Positions 35,238 through 47,277 of a stretch of 64,000 nt of DNA are shown piece by piece. The translations under genes and the position numbers were made by a program. Below the pieces are notes generated by a model. That model made no database searches. It was not told the origin of the DNA and saw nothing but the letters and a program-made list of their open reading frames with translations. The DNA comes from Nemertoderma westbladi (taxonomy: Eukaryota > Animalia > Xenacoelomorpha): the NCBI GenBank assembly GCA_032718475.1, contig JAUCBJ010006420.1, forward strand, positions 1 to 64,000. The letters are read 5' to 3'. How positions within the stretch are numbered: position 1 is the first letter of the stretch; each line of letters opens with the position of its first letter.

Positions 35238-35843
35238 GATCGGAGTTGGGATTTGGCCGGAGCCGGAGTCTGGAAAATTTGGCCGGAGCCGGAGTTTTTC
35301 AAAAATTTCAAAAAAAATTATTCAGGCCTACCGTATTTAAAAAAATAAAGTAGGCTACCGTTATCTGGATATCGTTCTCCAATCGGAATCGCTCGTCTAC
35401 TCGTAGGCCTAATTAATTTCATAATTTACAGATTTACGAACTTTTAATTTAAAATTAAGTAATTAATTTATCATTTATGGATGGACACGCACAGACGCAC
35501 AGACGGCTAACAATTACCTACAGTTGACAGTACCCAGGTACCTAACTGCAGTAGTTACCGGTACAGAAGTAAAGGCGGTACAATGTACAATGCCGACTAC
35601 AATCATATCATTTACATTTTTTTACAGTACCTGTCTACCCTGTCTCTGTACCATTCAGCCAGTCCAGTCACCAGCAGACCAGTACCTCCAGTACCAGTAC
35701 AGCAGTACAGCTAAACTGAAACATTTTAAAGTTCACACTGCCATGCAGACTGTGCCAGCTGCCAGCCGACTGGCCGAGGAGATCACCCCGTTTGCTTGTA
35801 GTGCTGTTGTCAGACTGTTATTGTATGACTCAGCTGCACAGAG

Positions 35844-35945
35844 TAGGGATCGACCGAATTATTCGGTTCGGTACCGAATTTTGCCGAATATGGCATATTC
35901 GGTTCCGGCCGAATTTTAAAATTTGAATTACCGAATATCCGGCAC
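35844..35945. mobile_element. Left end of a hAT-like MITE
   Basis: TAGGGATCGACCGAA terminus followed by ccgaa/ttcgg subterminal repeats; no partner end found. Confidence 0.45.
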
Positions 35946-37179
35946 AAATTGCAAATTACTAACATACTAACTACGCATTTACCAGAAATATTTATATCTA
36001 GTTTCATCGTGATCAGCGACCTCGAATACTCGTAAGCGTTCAGAATTATCAAACCAAACACAACATTTTTTAGTTTGACATTTTTTACTTGTAGGCCTAC
36101 TTTTCCTCCCGGGGGACCAAAATAGCACCAAAATGATGGTTGCATTGCCAGAAAATATTTTTAACAAGTTTTATCGTCATCAGCGACTTCGAAAACCCTT
36201 CATCAAGTTTGTCATTTTTGAGCCAAGATCTAAAAAATTTCTAAAATGCCCCCCACCCCCCCGGGCCAATTACGTTGTAAAATAGCCCGGGCCTGATAGG
36301 GTTAAAGGAAATTATCAATTATTACCTCGAGAAAATATAGCTGTGTATTGTTTGCCTTGTAAATGCCTCAAAAGCATTTGTTGGAATTGAACACTGTATT
36401 ATTAATCGTCATCGTCATTAATATATACTAATGTACAGTATAGGATGATTGACGACATTATAAACGACATTATGTACTCTTATGATATGCCGGCATGTAT
36501 AATAATATCTATATTGTAGGGTTACAACCTCCATTGGATACCTGCGAATATTTTGCCTCAAATAAGATTAATCTCAAGAAAACAAAGTTTATGTTTTATC
36601 AAACCAAAATTTTTTAGGTCTACTCTAAATTATATTGAATCAATAATATATATATATTTGTATATTACACCAAGAAGGTATTAGTTTGCCACAATTACAT
36701 ACAATATAATATCAATAATTAATTCGGACCACTTGATTAAAATAAAATAAAATACGAACTGTAAAATACTCAACAGAAGTCGACTTAGGGTACCGCACTG
36801 ATTGTTATTTATTTATTCACTGATTAAAAATTGGATAAAAATTAATTTGTAAATATGGGACATAAAATAATATATAAAATTAAATAAGATGGATGAAGAT
36901 GACCGCCGCGTGACCTCAATCTTGTGCCCACTGGCTGAGCGACTTCATGTTTCCTCGGCATTGAAGAAGGTGGTAGATATTTGGAATATCGCCACATAGT
37001 TTACAGACACAATCATCACCCGGAGAATGATACGATGAGATCGTGCAGTACTTATGGTGGAATCCATGAATGGCGAACCTAGTGATCACGTGACTGCTTT
37101 TAGAGATGGGATCGGTCCATTGTCTGTCTCTGAACGCATTGTTGAATCAATAATATTGAGTTATTGAATCGGAACAATA

Positions 37180-37219
37180 CACCATGCCATAGAATTATAG
37201 TGTCGTAATTCAGTGACAC

Positions 37220-37255
<36 letters not shown>

Positions 37256-37883
37256 TAATTTTTCTACAAATCTTAATGAGATTGCATGAAATTAGAATCA
37301 GAGATAGTTTCACCTCCCGACCACTGACTGGGTGAGCCAGAATTTTTATTTTTGCTTTCAATCTTTAGCTACAAGCGTTTAAAAAAGCGTCTCCAGCGAT
37401 ATTACACCAGTTACACACCAGTACAGTTATTCTTCTACTGTACCTTTAGCTGTTTTTCCCATTAGTAGTTCTTCATTAATAGTTTTTCCCATAGCATCGC
37501 GCCGGTGCATAACCATGCAACTTTTGAACGCTCATATCTCAGCTATTTTTCAACGAAATTCAAATTGTGTTATATATTTGGAATCCTTGCATGGCCAGCT
37601 TTCTAACATGTACCAACAAACAGCTATAAGGTAGAAGAATAACTGCGGTGTAACTGGTGCAATATCGAGGGAGACACTTTTTTTTTAAACGCTTTAGCTA
37701 AAGATTGAAAGCAAAAATAAAAATTCTGGCTCACCCAGTCAGTGGTCGGGAGGTGAAACTATCTCTGTTTCAAATTTCATGCAACTCACAATTCATTAAG
37801 ATTTGTAGAAAAATTAGGGGGGGGGGGGGGGGGGGGGCTGTGTGTCACTGAATTACGACACTATAATATTCTGGGACATGGTG
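37180..37883. mobile_element. Foldback Tc1/mariner-type MITE with about 270-bp TIRs containing poly-C/poly-G
   Basis: TA-caccatg...catggtg-TA; 37200-37455 is nearly the reverse complement of 37615-37861. Confidence 0.88.
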
Positions 37884-38332
37884 TATACATATTTAGGTCA
37901 CATAATACCTCAATAATATTCTTAATAATACCTCAGTTAACCTTTAGCTACAAAGTTTGGATGAACAACAGATAACCTCATATCATCTCTCCACCACACG
38001 GCCTGATGACCGGACACTAAACAGATCCTAAACACCCACACTGGATGCACATTGGTTGGAACTACTGTAAAACAGTTGGGCTTCTGAGCATCAGCAGTTG
38101 TTATATCTCCGCCGTGTAAACAAGCAGTTAGCTAGAGAGGCCCAAACTCTATATCGTCGGGCATGATTAACAAAACGGTAGGCTTACACGTAACGGCTGT
38201 TGTTCCCGTCGTCAGACGACATTTAACTCGCGAATAAATTATCCCCTTACCTTCTCTTCCCAGACTCAGAATTCCTTAGCATTTTCATTTGAGAGTAACA
38301 ACAATACGTGTAGTGGGCACTTTATAGCTTAA

Positions 38333-40726
38333 CCCTTCCATGCATGCTGTGCCATATATGGAACACCTATTATTTTTAATTCTACAGAATGCAAACCTGC
38401 TCATAATATCCTAATCTCTGGTGGACATGTCTTGAATTCTATATTCTTGCAGTTGAAACACATTCTGTACACAAGATGGCGTGTGGATTATTTTTATATT
38501 GCTTTAGAACGGGCCAGGTCTAAAATGGATAATTTCAAAAATTGACAGGTTTCAATGAGTTGTAATTTTCGATATATATGCCAGTGGTGGTTAAAAAAAC
38601 TATTTTCTAGTAAACAAATTATCGCTTTATAACCCAAAAATGCAAAATTATTGTAAGAAGTTTAGAATTTGTCCGTTACAGTGAAAAATACAGGTGTTCC
38701 ATATATGGCACAGTGTGCAATAGAGACTTCAAGAAATGTTTACGGGTTTACTGCATAGCGTGCCACAAATGGAACACCAACATCGTTTACTCTACCCGTC
38801 TGCCTGAATCCAGCTACTTATAGTCAGACTATTGTATATTTCCATCAGTCTTTCATTTATACATTTTCTTTTCTGTTTTAAATCTTTTATGAACCTACTG
38901 CACTAGACATCAGTTTGTCAATATCTTCTTAAATTACATTAAAAATATAGTGTTATTTTTATTTTAATTAGTTTGAACAATTTATTGTATAACTTCACAT
39001 TTTGTGTGGAATTTATGTGAACTGGTAATTGTTCGATTGTACGTACATACAGTACATGTTATCGATTTAGTTGAATGTCTTCAATAATTAGAAAAATATC
39101 GATGTTGTTTAGAGATTTGGCTTACTTTAATTGTAATATGGAATTGATGTGCGATTTGTATGTGTGACCTGATACTGTATGTAAAAAGCAAAATGTAAAA
39201 TGGATGATTCTTTTTTGGAAGATGATCTTGAAGACATTGAACAATTAAACATTGTCATATCAGCAGACTCGGATTATTCTTGGGACAATTCAGAGAAATC
39301 GATTTCCTGGACTTCCAATCAAGTCAGTGGCAGATATCGGAAAGGAAGATAGAGGTTATTCAGAGGAAGTGGTAACCAACATTGCGCCAGTTCAGGATGA
39401 GAGTGACAGTGGATGTGATAGCGATTTTTTTGGAGTGGGAGGTGGCTAGAGGAATTGTTGGAGCGGCAAGTGCAGGTGTCAGAGGAAATGCCAGAGTTAG
39501 AGGGGGTAGAAGAGGAATTGCTCGAATTGGAGGTGTAGGTGGTAGAGGAAACATCATCAGAGTGAGAGGGGGTGGAAGAGGAATTATTAGAGCCGGAAGT
39601 GGCAGGTAGTAGAGGAAACGTCAGAGTGAGAGGGGGTGGAAGAGGAATTATTGGAGCCGGAAGTGCAGGTAGTAGAGGAAACGTCAGAGTGAGAGGGGGT
39701 GGAAGAGGAATTGTTGGCGCAGATGGTTCAGGTAAAGAGGGGGATCATTGATATAACTGTTAGTGAGATGCAGGATAAACTAAAGAAAGGATATTGATGT
39801 TATAGGTATTACTGTAGTGGCATGGAATGATAATAAAGCAGTACATGTGGCATCGAGTTATGTTGGGGAAATGCCTATTGGAACATGTAGAAGATATTTC
39901 ACAAGTGCTGGGGAATATAGCGAAGTATCGCAGCCTGCTGCAATCCGTGAGTACAATCGGTTTATGGGAGGAGTAGACCTGCATAATGGTTTCCTAGGTC
40001 GAAACCGAATAAGGATGAAGACAAATAAATGGTATTTTCGCATGTTTTACCATCTAATAGATGTAACTATTGTCAATAGTTGGATCTTGTTCGGGAAGGT
40101 TCATGGTCCAAGGTCTAACATGACCATCACAGAGTTTTGGGAGAGTCTAGGAGTGACGATGTGCCGAATTGGATCTCATTCAATTTCCAAGTGCAAGAGA
40201 TGGTCGCCCAAGTACTTTGTCTACAGAACCAAGAAAAAGGGAACCCCCACTTCCAAGAGACGATATCAGGCTTGACTGCACTGGCCATTGGCCTTCTTAT
40301 GAACCAAAGCGACGAGGGTGTAAACATTCAAACTGTAATAAAAGGACATTCGTTAGTTGCGAAAAATGCCAAACTGCCTTATGTTTTAATAAAGATCAAA
40401 ATTGTTTCAGGAAATTTCACACAAACTAATGTGTGTAATTATCTATGTAATTATAAAAAAAGGAAATTGTAAGAAAATTAAAAGCAAAAAGTGTTTTGTG
40501 TTGTGCCATATATGGCCCATCATGCACTAAAAGGGTTTAGACTTCTTTGTACCTCTAATGCATATCGTGCCATATGTGGCACGCAGACAAAACGCACTAT
40601 AGCTTCAGAAAACTGACCATTTTTTTTAACTTTTGATATTTTTTTCTGAATCAGCAGTGAAAAATATGCCTAAAAATATTTTTTTCTCAAAAATTAAAAA
40701 AAAAAATTAATTCATGCATGGAAGGG
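38333..40726 (+). mobile_element. Defective piggyBac transposon (PGBD2/PGBD3-like transposase remnants at about 39199-40429)
   Basis: TTAA TSDs (38329-38332 and 40727-40730); 14-bp TIR cccttccatgcatg; subterminal tgtgccatatatgg repeats; motifs GTIQRNR, WNDNKAV, YNRFMGGVD, KWYFRMFYHLID and a C-terminal Cys-rich domain; frameshifts and a large deletion. Confidence 0.95.
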
Positions 40727-41166
40727 TTAAGTGAGTTGTATGAATCTATCAGTTTTCCTAAAATTACAGTAAAAATTATTATAATGTAAGTCAATAATCT
40801 CTGTATTCAACCATTATTTCCTCCTTATTGTTCAACTCCAATTTAAATTATCTTAATAGAATGTTATTATTATTCATTTTCTTATTCATCCACTACTCAT
40901 GGTATTACTACCAGTAAATATGGATCTGTCATAATTGTTACGTCCGCTACCGGCATATAAAAAACATAAAATATACGTATTTATAATACGTAAATATATT
41001 ATACAGGGTAATTGCTAAACGCGCACCCCATTAATAAAATATTTACATATTCCTACAAAGATGATACGATACACAAAGCGACAGTAGTTGTTGTACTGCA
41101 TAGAGTTTTTGTTAAATATACAGTATGTAGACTTTATTATGGAGTAAAATCCGGAGGTAATAGTTA

Positions 41167-42405
41167 CTAATCCAATTCCCTATCCTCCTCATCATCACAT
41201 TCACTTATCTTTTCAATGTCTTGAACTATATCAGTCACATCGGTGATTAACTCTTGTAAAGAATTCTTCCTCATTCTCGCGTTGGCCATTTGTTTCTCAG
41301 CCATTTCGACGCCGTGCTTATCAACGTAACTACCTTGTTCAATTGCACTGTCCACAGAAACTTCAACGCCATCGTCGGCAGCAATGCAAATATCTGGAAT
41401 AGCTGAGTAATTAGCTTCGTCATTAGTATCATCACGTGTTTCTGAACCATCTACCAGGTCAGCCACGGAATCCAGTACAGATTCGATGAGACTTTTACCA
41501 GCAGTTGTAGGTCGGCTATCTACTTTATGTGACTCTGAATTTTCGAGATTTTCATCGGCGTTTTCTGAAAGACTTCCTGGCTTTTTATCACCATCGAACT
41601 TATCTTCTAAAGGAACTACATTGATATTGTCATCAGGGAATATGCGAGAGCTTCTTACAAGCATGGTGTAATCGGTGGGTGGGGGTGGACCCCTTTGCGT
41701 AGGTTTACCTTGACAGATTCTACAAGCTCCTGAGTTATTCCTCATTGTTCGTTCTCTGTTGTATCTGTCCCTCTCGATGTAATTAACCTGGAATATGTCG
41801 GCACCAGCATTCAAACTAGTCACCTTCAGTGGGTTTTTTAAAGGAGACTGAGGTTCGGTGGGGATTAATGTTTTCAGCAACGGTAAATGTCCATGTTTCA
41901 CAGCCGTAGAGAAATCGTTTAAAGTTAGCGAAGATTGTCCGGATTTGTGTCTGTTTGTGCGGACGGTGGGTGGTTGGGAATGCGTTGGGGTTATGGAAAG
42001 GTCCTCCTGTCTGGTTCCGTGGTTCACCGCCAGCAACGCCTCCCTGTGAACCTTCCTCACCTCGGTAACAACATTATTCTCCACAGAGTTCAACCAGTTG
42101 TAGTCGTGGTATTTCGGTGCCAAATGATCTGCGGGAGGTAGACGTTGGCTGAGTCGGTTCCGTTGGCGTTTAATCGGAGACGGGGTGAATCCCCGGTTGA
42201 GGTTCACCCGAACGAGTTCGTGTTTCACGAGGTTCTTATCGGGCGAGCGAACCGCCGTGGATGAGCGCGGACGCATTAACGGAGGAATCGACGGTTTGGA
42301 GCGATGAGTAGCAGATTGAGTGGCGGGAGATTCAAACCAAACATTGATGTTGTTGTCTATATTCGGTTTAGAGTTATCCGAGAGCGGGTGTTGAACCTGA
42401 GACAT
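41167..42405 (-). CDS. Uncharacterised 412-aa protein, largely low-complexity (basic Pro/Ser N-half, acidic C-half)
   Basis: 1239-bp uninterrupted non-repetitive ORF in AT-rich DNA with a protein-like composition; no family recognised; an upstream exon cannot be excluded. Confidence 0.7.
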   Translation of the reverse strand: MSQVQHPLSDNSKPNIDNNINVWFESPATQSATHRSKPSIPPLMRPRSSTAVRSPDKNLVKHELVRVNLNRGFTPSPIKRQRNRLSQRLPPADHLAPKYHDYNWLNSVENNVVTEVRKVHREALLAVNHGTRQEDLSITPTHSQPPTVRTNRHKSGQSSLTLNDFSTAVKHGHLPLLKTLIPTEPQSPLKNPLKVTSLNAGADIFQVNYIERDRYNRERTMRNNSGACRICQGKPTQRGPPPPTDYTMLVRSSRIFPDDNINVVPLEDKFDGDKKPGSLSENADENLENSESHKVDSRPTTAGKSLIESVLDSVADLVDGSETRDDTNDEANYSAIPDICIAADDGVEVSVDSAIEQGSYVDKHGVEMAEKQMANARMRKNSLQELITDVTDIVQDIEKISECDDEEDRELD

Positions 42406-42649
42406 ACCAACTCTTCTAACAGCGTCTTTTCGGATAAGATTAAGATAGCATTACAATTAAATGGCTCATTTTGTCATCAATAATAATAATATACATAAAT
42501 TACTGTAGATACCACTGTATAGCACAATAACTCTCTATGTTTGATTGAGTACCTGAAAAAATTATATAGACTGAGAATAGATCAACATGTCGATTTTTGT
42601 CTGATTTGCCCGTCCATGGCACTTGGTGGGTACCATTGACGGTATGAAT

Positions 42650-42830
42650 TCGATGGCATTGGCACGTACAGTATATGGTGCCATTGTCACGTATATGATG
42701 CCATTGGCGGGTATATGGTGCCAGTGGCACGTATATGGTGCCATTGGCATGTATATTGTGCCATTGGCATGCATGTATGTATATGGTGCCACCAGTGCGG
42801 ATATTGTGCCATTTGCACCGGTTTGATGGT
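42650..42830. repeat. Diverged tandem repeat of about 20 bp (gtatatggtgccattggcac)
   Basis: About 8 degenerate copies. Confidence 0.75.
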
Positions 42831-45800
42831 GTTCGCTTCACGACTTTAATGTCTATAAAACGGCTGTAATTCTCTGCTACAGCTCACACACGGGTAGGCA
42901 GGTAGGCCCACTACCAATCGAGTTGTACCAATTAAATAGGAAGCTGTGGATCCGTTATTGGTCAACTTTATCAATAATTGAAAATTAAATGTATTTAATT
43001 GGAATACAAATAATTACAAACATAGTAGTATCTTTGTTCTGGGGGATGTTACCATTATATATCTGTTGTAACACTGATAGGCCTCTATCAAACGTAATGT
43101 CATACTTACCGTATAAACACCAAATAAATTAAAAGCATTATAATAATGACAATGGTTGATCGTTCCCGCAATTATACACGCAGAGTAACTGGTGCTAATT
43201 CTCTATCAATTAGTAACAATGGGAATTGTGACTCAATTGGATACAGAGTTGGCAGTGGTTTCCCCATATCTAGGCAACGCCTCATTCAAATCCAAACACC
43301 AACCGTTTGACACCCCAATGGTTTATAAGCAGGTAGGATAGTTAGTTAATTATAACGTATAAACTATAAGCATAGCTGAACCAAACTTAATTACCTTACA
43401 CAATCTACAGTTAATGTTGGAGCGGAAATTATGAAAGTAGATGCCACTATGTTATATCCAATCTATAGAGCAATATACTCATACAGTATTGAACGTATTA
43501 TTGCTAATACGTATGTAAATACATTAGTTCAGTTACCTTAACCAATTCCGCTCTGTTATTATTGATGTCCAGTCCCCCTTAGCCCCCCCCCCACACCATG
43601 CGAACACCCTTCCTCCCTCCCTCCCCCCGCAGATATATTAAAGGCCAGAGATTATTAAATTATTGTGTACACATACTAAACAATGCCCAATGCACACAAA
43701 ATATCACACGTAATATTCTTACACGGCTGTCCAAGTTCATTGTACCTACTCACACACCCCAGCCAAAGGGTATACATGTGGAGGCGTGACTTATACTTTA
43801 TAAGGGGAAATAGGGTAGAGAAGCTGACATAGGCCTAGCTACATGTTTATTTTTCCCTTTTATTATCAATAATTAATTATTAGGGATGTCCCTTATAAAA
43901 TATATGATAGAATCTTGGGAAGGATTTAGTACCACTGTGATGATACTAAAAATGATAGAATACAGAATATTTCCCACCCACCAGAGACGCGACATTGTTT
44001 CTTTTTGGAATCGTGGTCAGTCAGCTATAATTGTGAAATGTGGAGATTAGCTATCACTACTAACTATTAATGATGTGGGGACACACCCTAATTATATTGA
44101 TAGAAATTATGATACTGATATTAATATTTTTCAAAGAGGAACATGCTGCTAGTATCTCAATTTTCTAAAAAGATACAGATCAGAAGATATCGAGCACATT
44201 CATTGGCCAGTCACATAATAAAGAAGCATGTGAAATGTTTAAATTACGATTTTGATCATGAAGAATTCAGGATAATCATGAACCGAAATGGACCGTCAAA
44301 TGAAAGATAATCTAAAAACAACCAAACATACAGACAGGTGAAATTAAGTATTGCAATTAATATTAATTATAGTCATTATTAATTTAGTCTTTTAATTAAT
44401 GAAACATTGTAAATTTAGTTGCGTTTAAAACATCGCTAAATTAAGATTACTTTCTTCCAATATAAGCTGATGCACTGCTTTTACCAGTCACAACTGTGCA
44501 TGTGTATAGATTGCAACAATATTTTGTGTAACCGTACAGTAGTTCAGTAGTTGTATTCAATGACAGGTAGATAATGCCGCAATAGGCTATACGTACCGGG
44601 TAACCTACTCGTCAGACATACAGACATGTTAACATTATTCTACGGTATGGGTATTCCAGTTGTGTAATTTCAAGTACCGGTATAATTATTTAAATGTTTT
44701 ACTAGAAAATAATTCATTTCTATTAAACGACAGCCAGAAAATTGCTGTTTTTTCAGTAAAAAGGTTTTTTTTTACCTTAATCAACTAATTAACGGCTTTT
44801 ATCTTAGCTTCTCGGAGGTCACACGCACATTCTACTTGGATGGAAAATTTATAAACTTTTGCTAAACAACATGTATATACCAGATTTGGTTAGATTTAAT
44901 CGAGGATTGGCCGAGTTATTAAAAGTTTAAAATTTCGACACGACAGAAAACAGATTGAGACATACCTATTGAGGTATTGGTGTTCGTATGCTAAACTCGC
45001 GTTTTAAATTTTACCAAAAAATTGCCAAAGCTATTATCAAAATACTAGGTGTAAATATTGAGTTGTAAATCGCTATAATTCGAAGGATATTCATTCAATC
45101 CAATCAATTCTAGGATATTAAGGGGGTATGCTCTCATGCGATTTTTTTTAAAACAGCTCTTACTGTAACTTCGTTTTGTAGGTCAATATCACTGTTATGT
45201 TGTGTTCAGCCAACGTGGGGGAAGGTCAAAGAGCAACAAAAATTGAAATTTTAAAATTTTATTGTGTCCGTCTAGCGGCGAGCGCGGAATGAAATTTTTC
45301 ATTAAAAACACTACTAGTCCCTTAATATTTAACCAAAGTTTTTGAAAAGAACTTTTTCGAACGCAGCATTATCATCGGAGGGGTACCCCCCCCCCCCCCC
45401 CCCCCCCCCCTAATTACGCGTAATGAAGAAACAAGATGGAGAGTTTTAAAAGCTCAACTAAATAATAATTAATATGCGAGAATAAATTAAAAAAAAAAAA
45501 ATATAGCGATTTACGTCTCAAAATTGACTTCTTCTTAAATGTACTGTATCAAAAGATGTTGCGGTACGTATTTTAGTTGGTAGTTTATTCCACCACAGTG
45601 TAGGTCCTGATACTGCGGAGGCGCGCTCACCTGTCTATACAGTTCGTAGGAATTTACATTAAATCATGGCGGGAACGAGGGAAATGTATAATATTTGTGG
45701 GAAAAACAATTGGAGATTTTCTAGAAATAAAAGCTATTAAATTAAATAAATAAATAAATCCTAATCTTTAAACGTCCGGCTCTAATAATGAAGTGTAATA

Positions 45801-45994
45801 TTGGGGTTCCTTTGTTTTTATTTATAATCTACAGTATATACCTAGGGTAGGCCTACTGATCCACCATCAATAAGCCATACTAAACTTACAACCACGTTTT
45901 AGTTGTTTCGAATAACTCCGCTTTGGATATGTTCCGCCAGTTGTCCATTTATATCGTCAGGGATCTACGCTCGTGTGTTATTAAATGACGGAGA

Positions 45995-46196
45995 TATATT
46001 TTATGATTTATAATATATTATTTTATTATATTTTATGATTTCTAATATATTATTTTATTATATTTTATGATTTCTAATATATTATTTTATTATATTTTAT
46101 GATTTATAATATATTATTTTATTATATTTTATGATTTATAATATATTATTTTATTATATTTTATGATTTCTAATATATTATTTTATTATATTTTAT
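45995..46196. repeat. 32-bp AT-rich minisatellite (about 6 copies)
   Basis: Unit tattttatgattt(a/c)taatatattattttatta. Confidence 0.92.
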
Positions 46197-47277
46197 TGAT
46201 TTATGATTCGTCTACGATAATTTTTTTTATAACTCCCATTTTTTTAACCAACATTTTCAGGCCGGCAGTAAAATGTGAATTAAATTTACAATTTACCAAT
46301 TATTTCGTTTTAAATTTGTTTAATTTTAAATTGTGAATTTTTAAATTAGATTAAATAATTGCAATATTTTGAGGGACCCTTTGGTAGAAACCACTCCCTA
46401 CATAGAGGCAGTTTTGTTATTAAAAACTTTATCGTTTTTTTTAACTTCGGGAAAATTGTCAATAACATCATCAATAATTGTAGAGTTCGATCTCATTAAG
46501 GTAAATACGTACAGGTACTGAAGTCAATTCAGATAATCTCCAATCAATTGTCCATAGCTCTTAGATATGATAGAATTAGTTTCAGTTTGTAAGTCTCGTC
46601 ACGTTTCAGCAAGTTTCACACATTGTTGAACTTGAGCTCTCTTTGGTTGCGCCCCAGGGCATGTGCCTTAATTACCTACCCTTAAATACTCCACTGACGA
46701 GGTCACAAATTCAGCAACCTCTCTCGACAAGAGCGCTAGTAACCTAAACTGATATTGGTAACCGTTGAAACATTCAATTAGAAATACAGTGGGATATTAT
46801 GAATAGCAACAGGAACATGTTGATCTCCCAGAAAACCTTCTTCCAACAAATCAAACAAAATAAATTAAACAACTAACATAGTCACAGACGATCAAACTTA
46901 AAGGATTTCTTATAATATTGAAATTAAATACCGGTAAATATAGCAGTAACGATATAAATTAAGGCACTAATTGCAGTAAAAAAAAAACTCATTCAAAACA
47001 TATACCAGCCTAATCTCACCTATAGTAGAAATAATAATAATGAATTATGGCATCAGAACCCCCCCCCCCCTCCCCATGTCAACTACATTCTCATTCATAT
47101 GCTCAAATATTAAACCAATGGCATGGCCATCACTTTGTTATGTTATCTACCGTGGTATTGTTGGAATATCAGTACACAGTTAATGTTTTGGCTCTGGCAA
47201 AATTTGTATCTACATGAGACAACCACAACCGACGAACGTTATTGTCAACGTTAATTATCAATGAGGTAAAAGGAGAA

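Noticed and set aside
37221-45410. Long poly-C/poly-G tracts (also about 818, 25727, 28882, 47059) as a dedicated G-quadruplex system
   Set aside because: Several are parts of MITE arms, and homopolymer lengths are unreliable; there is no independent evidence of function.
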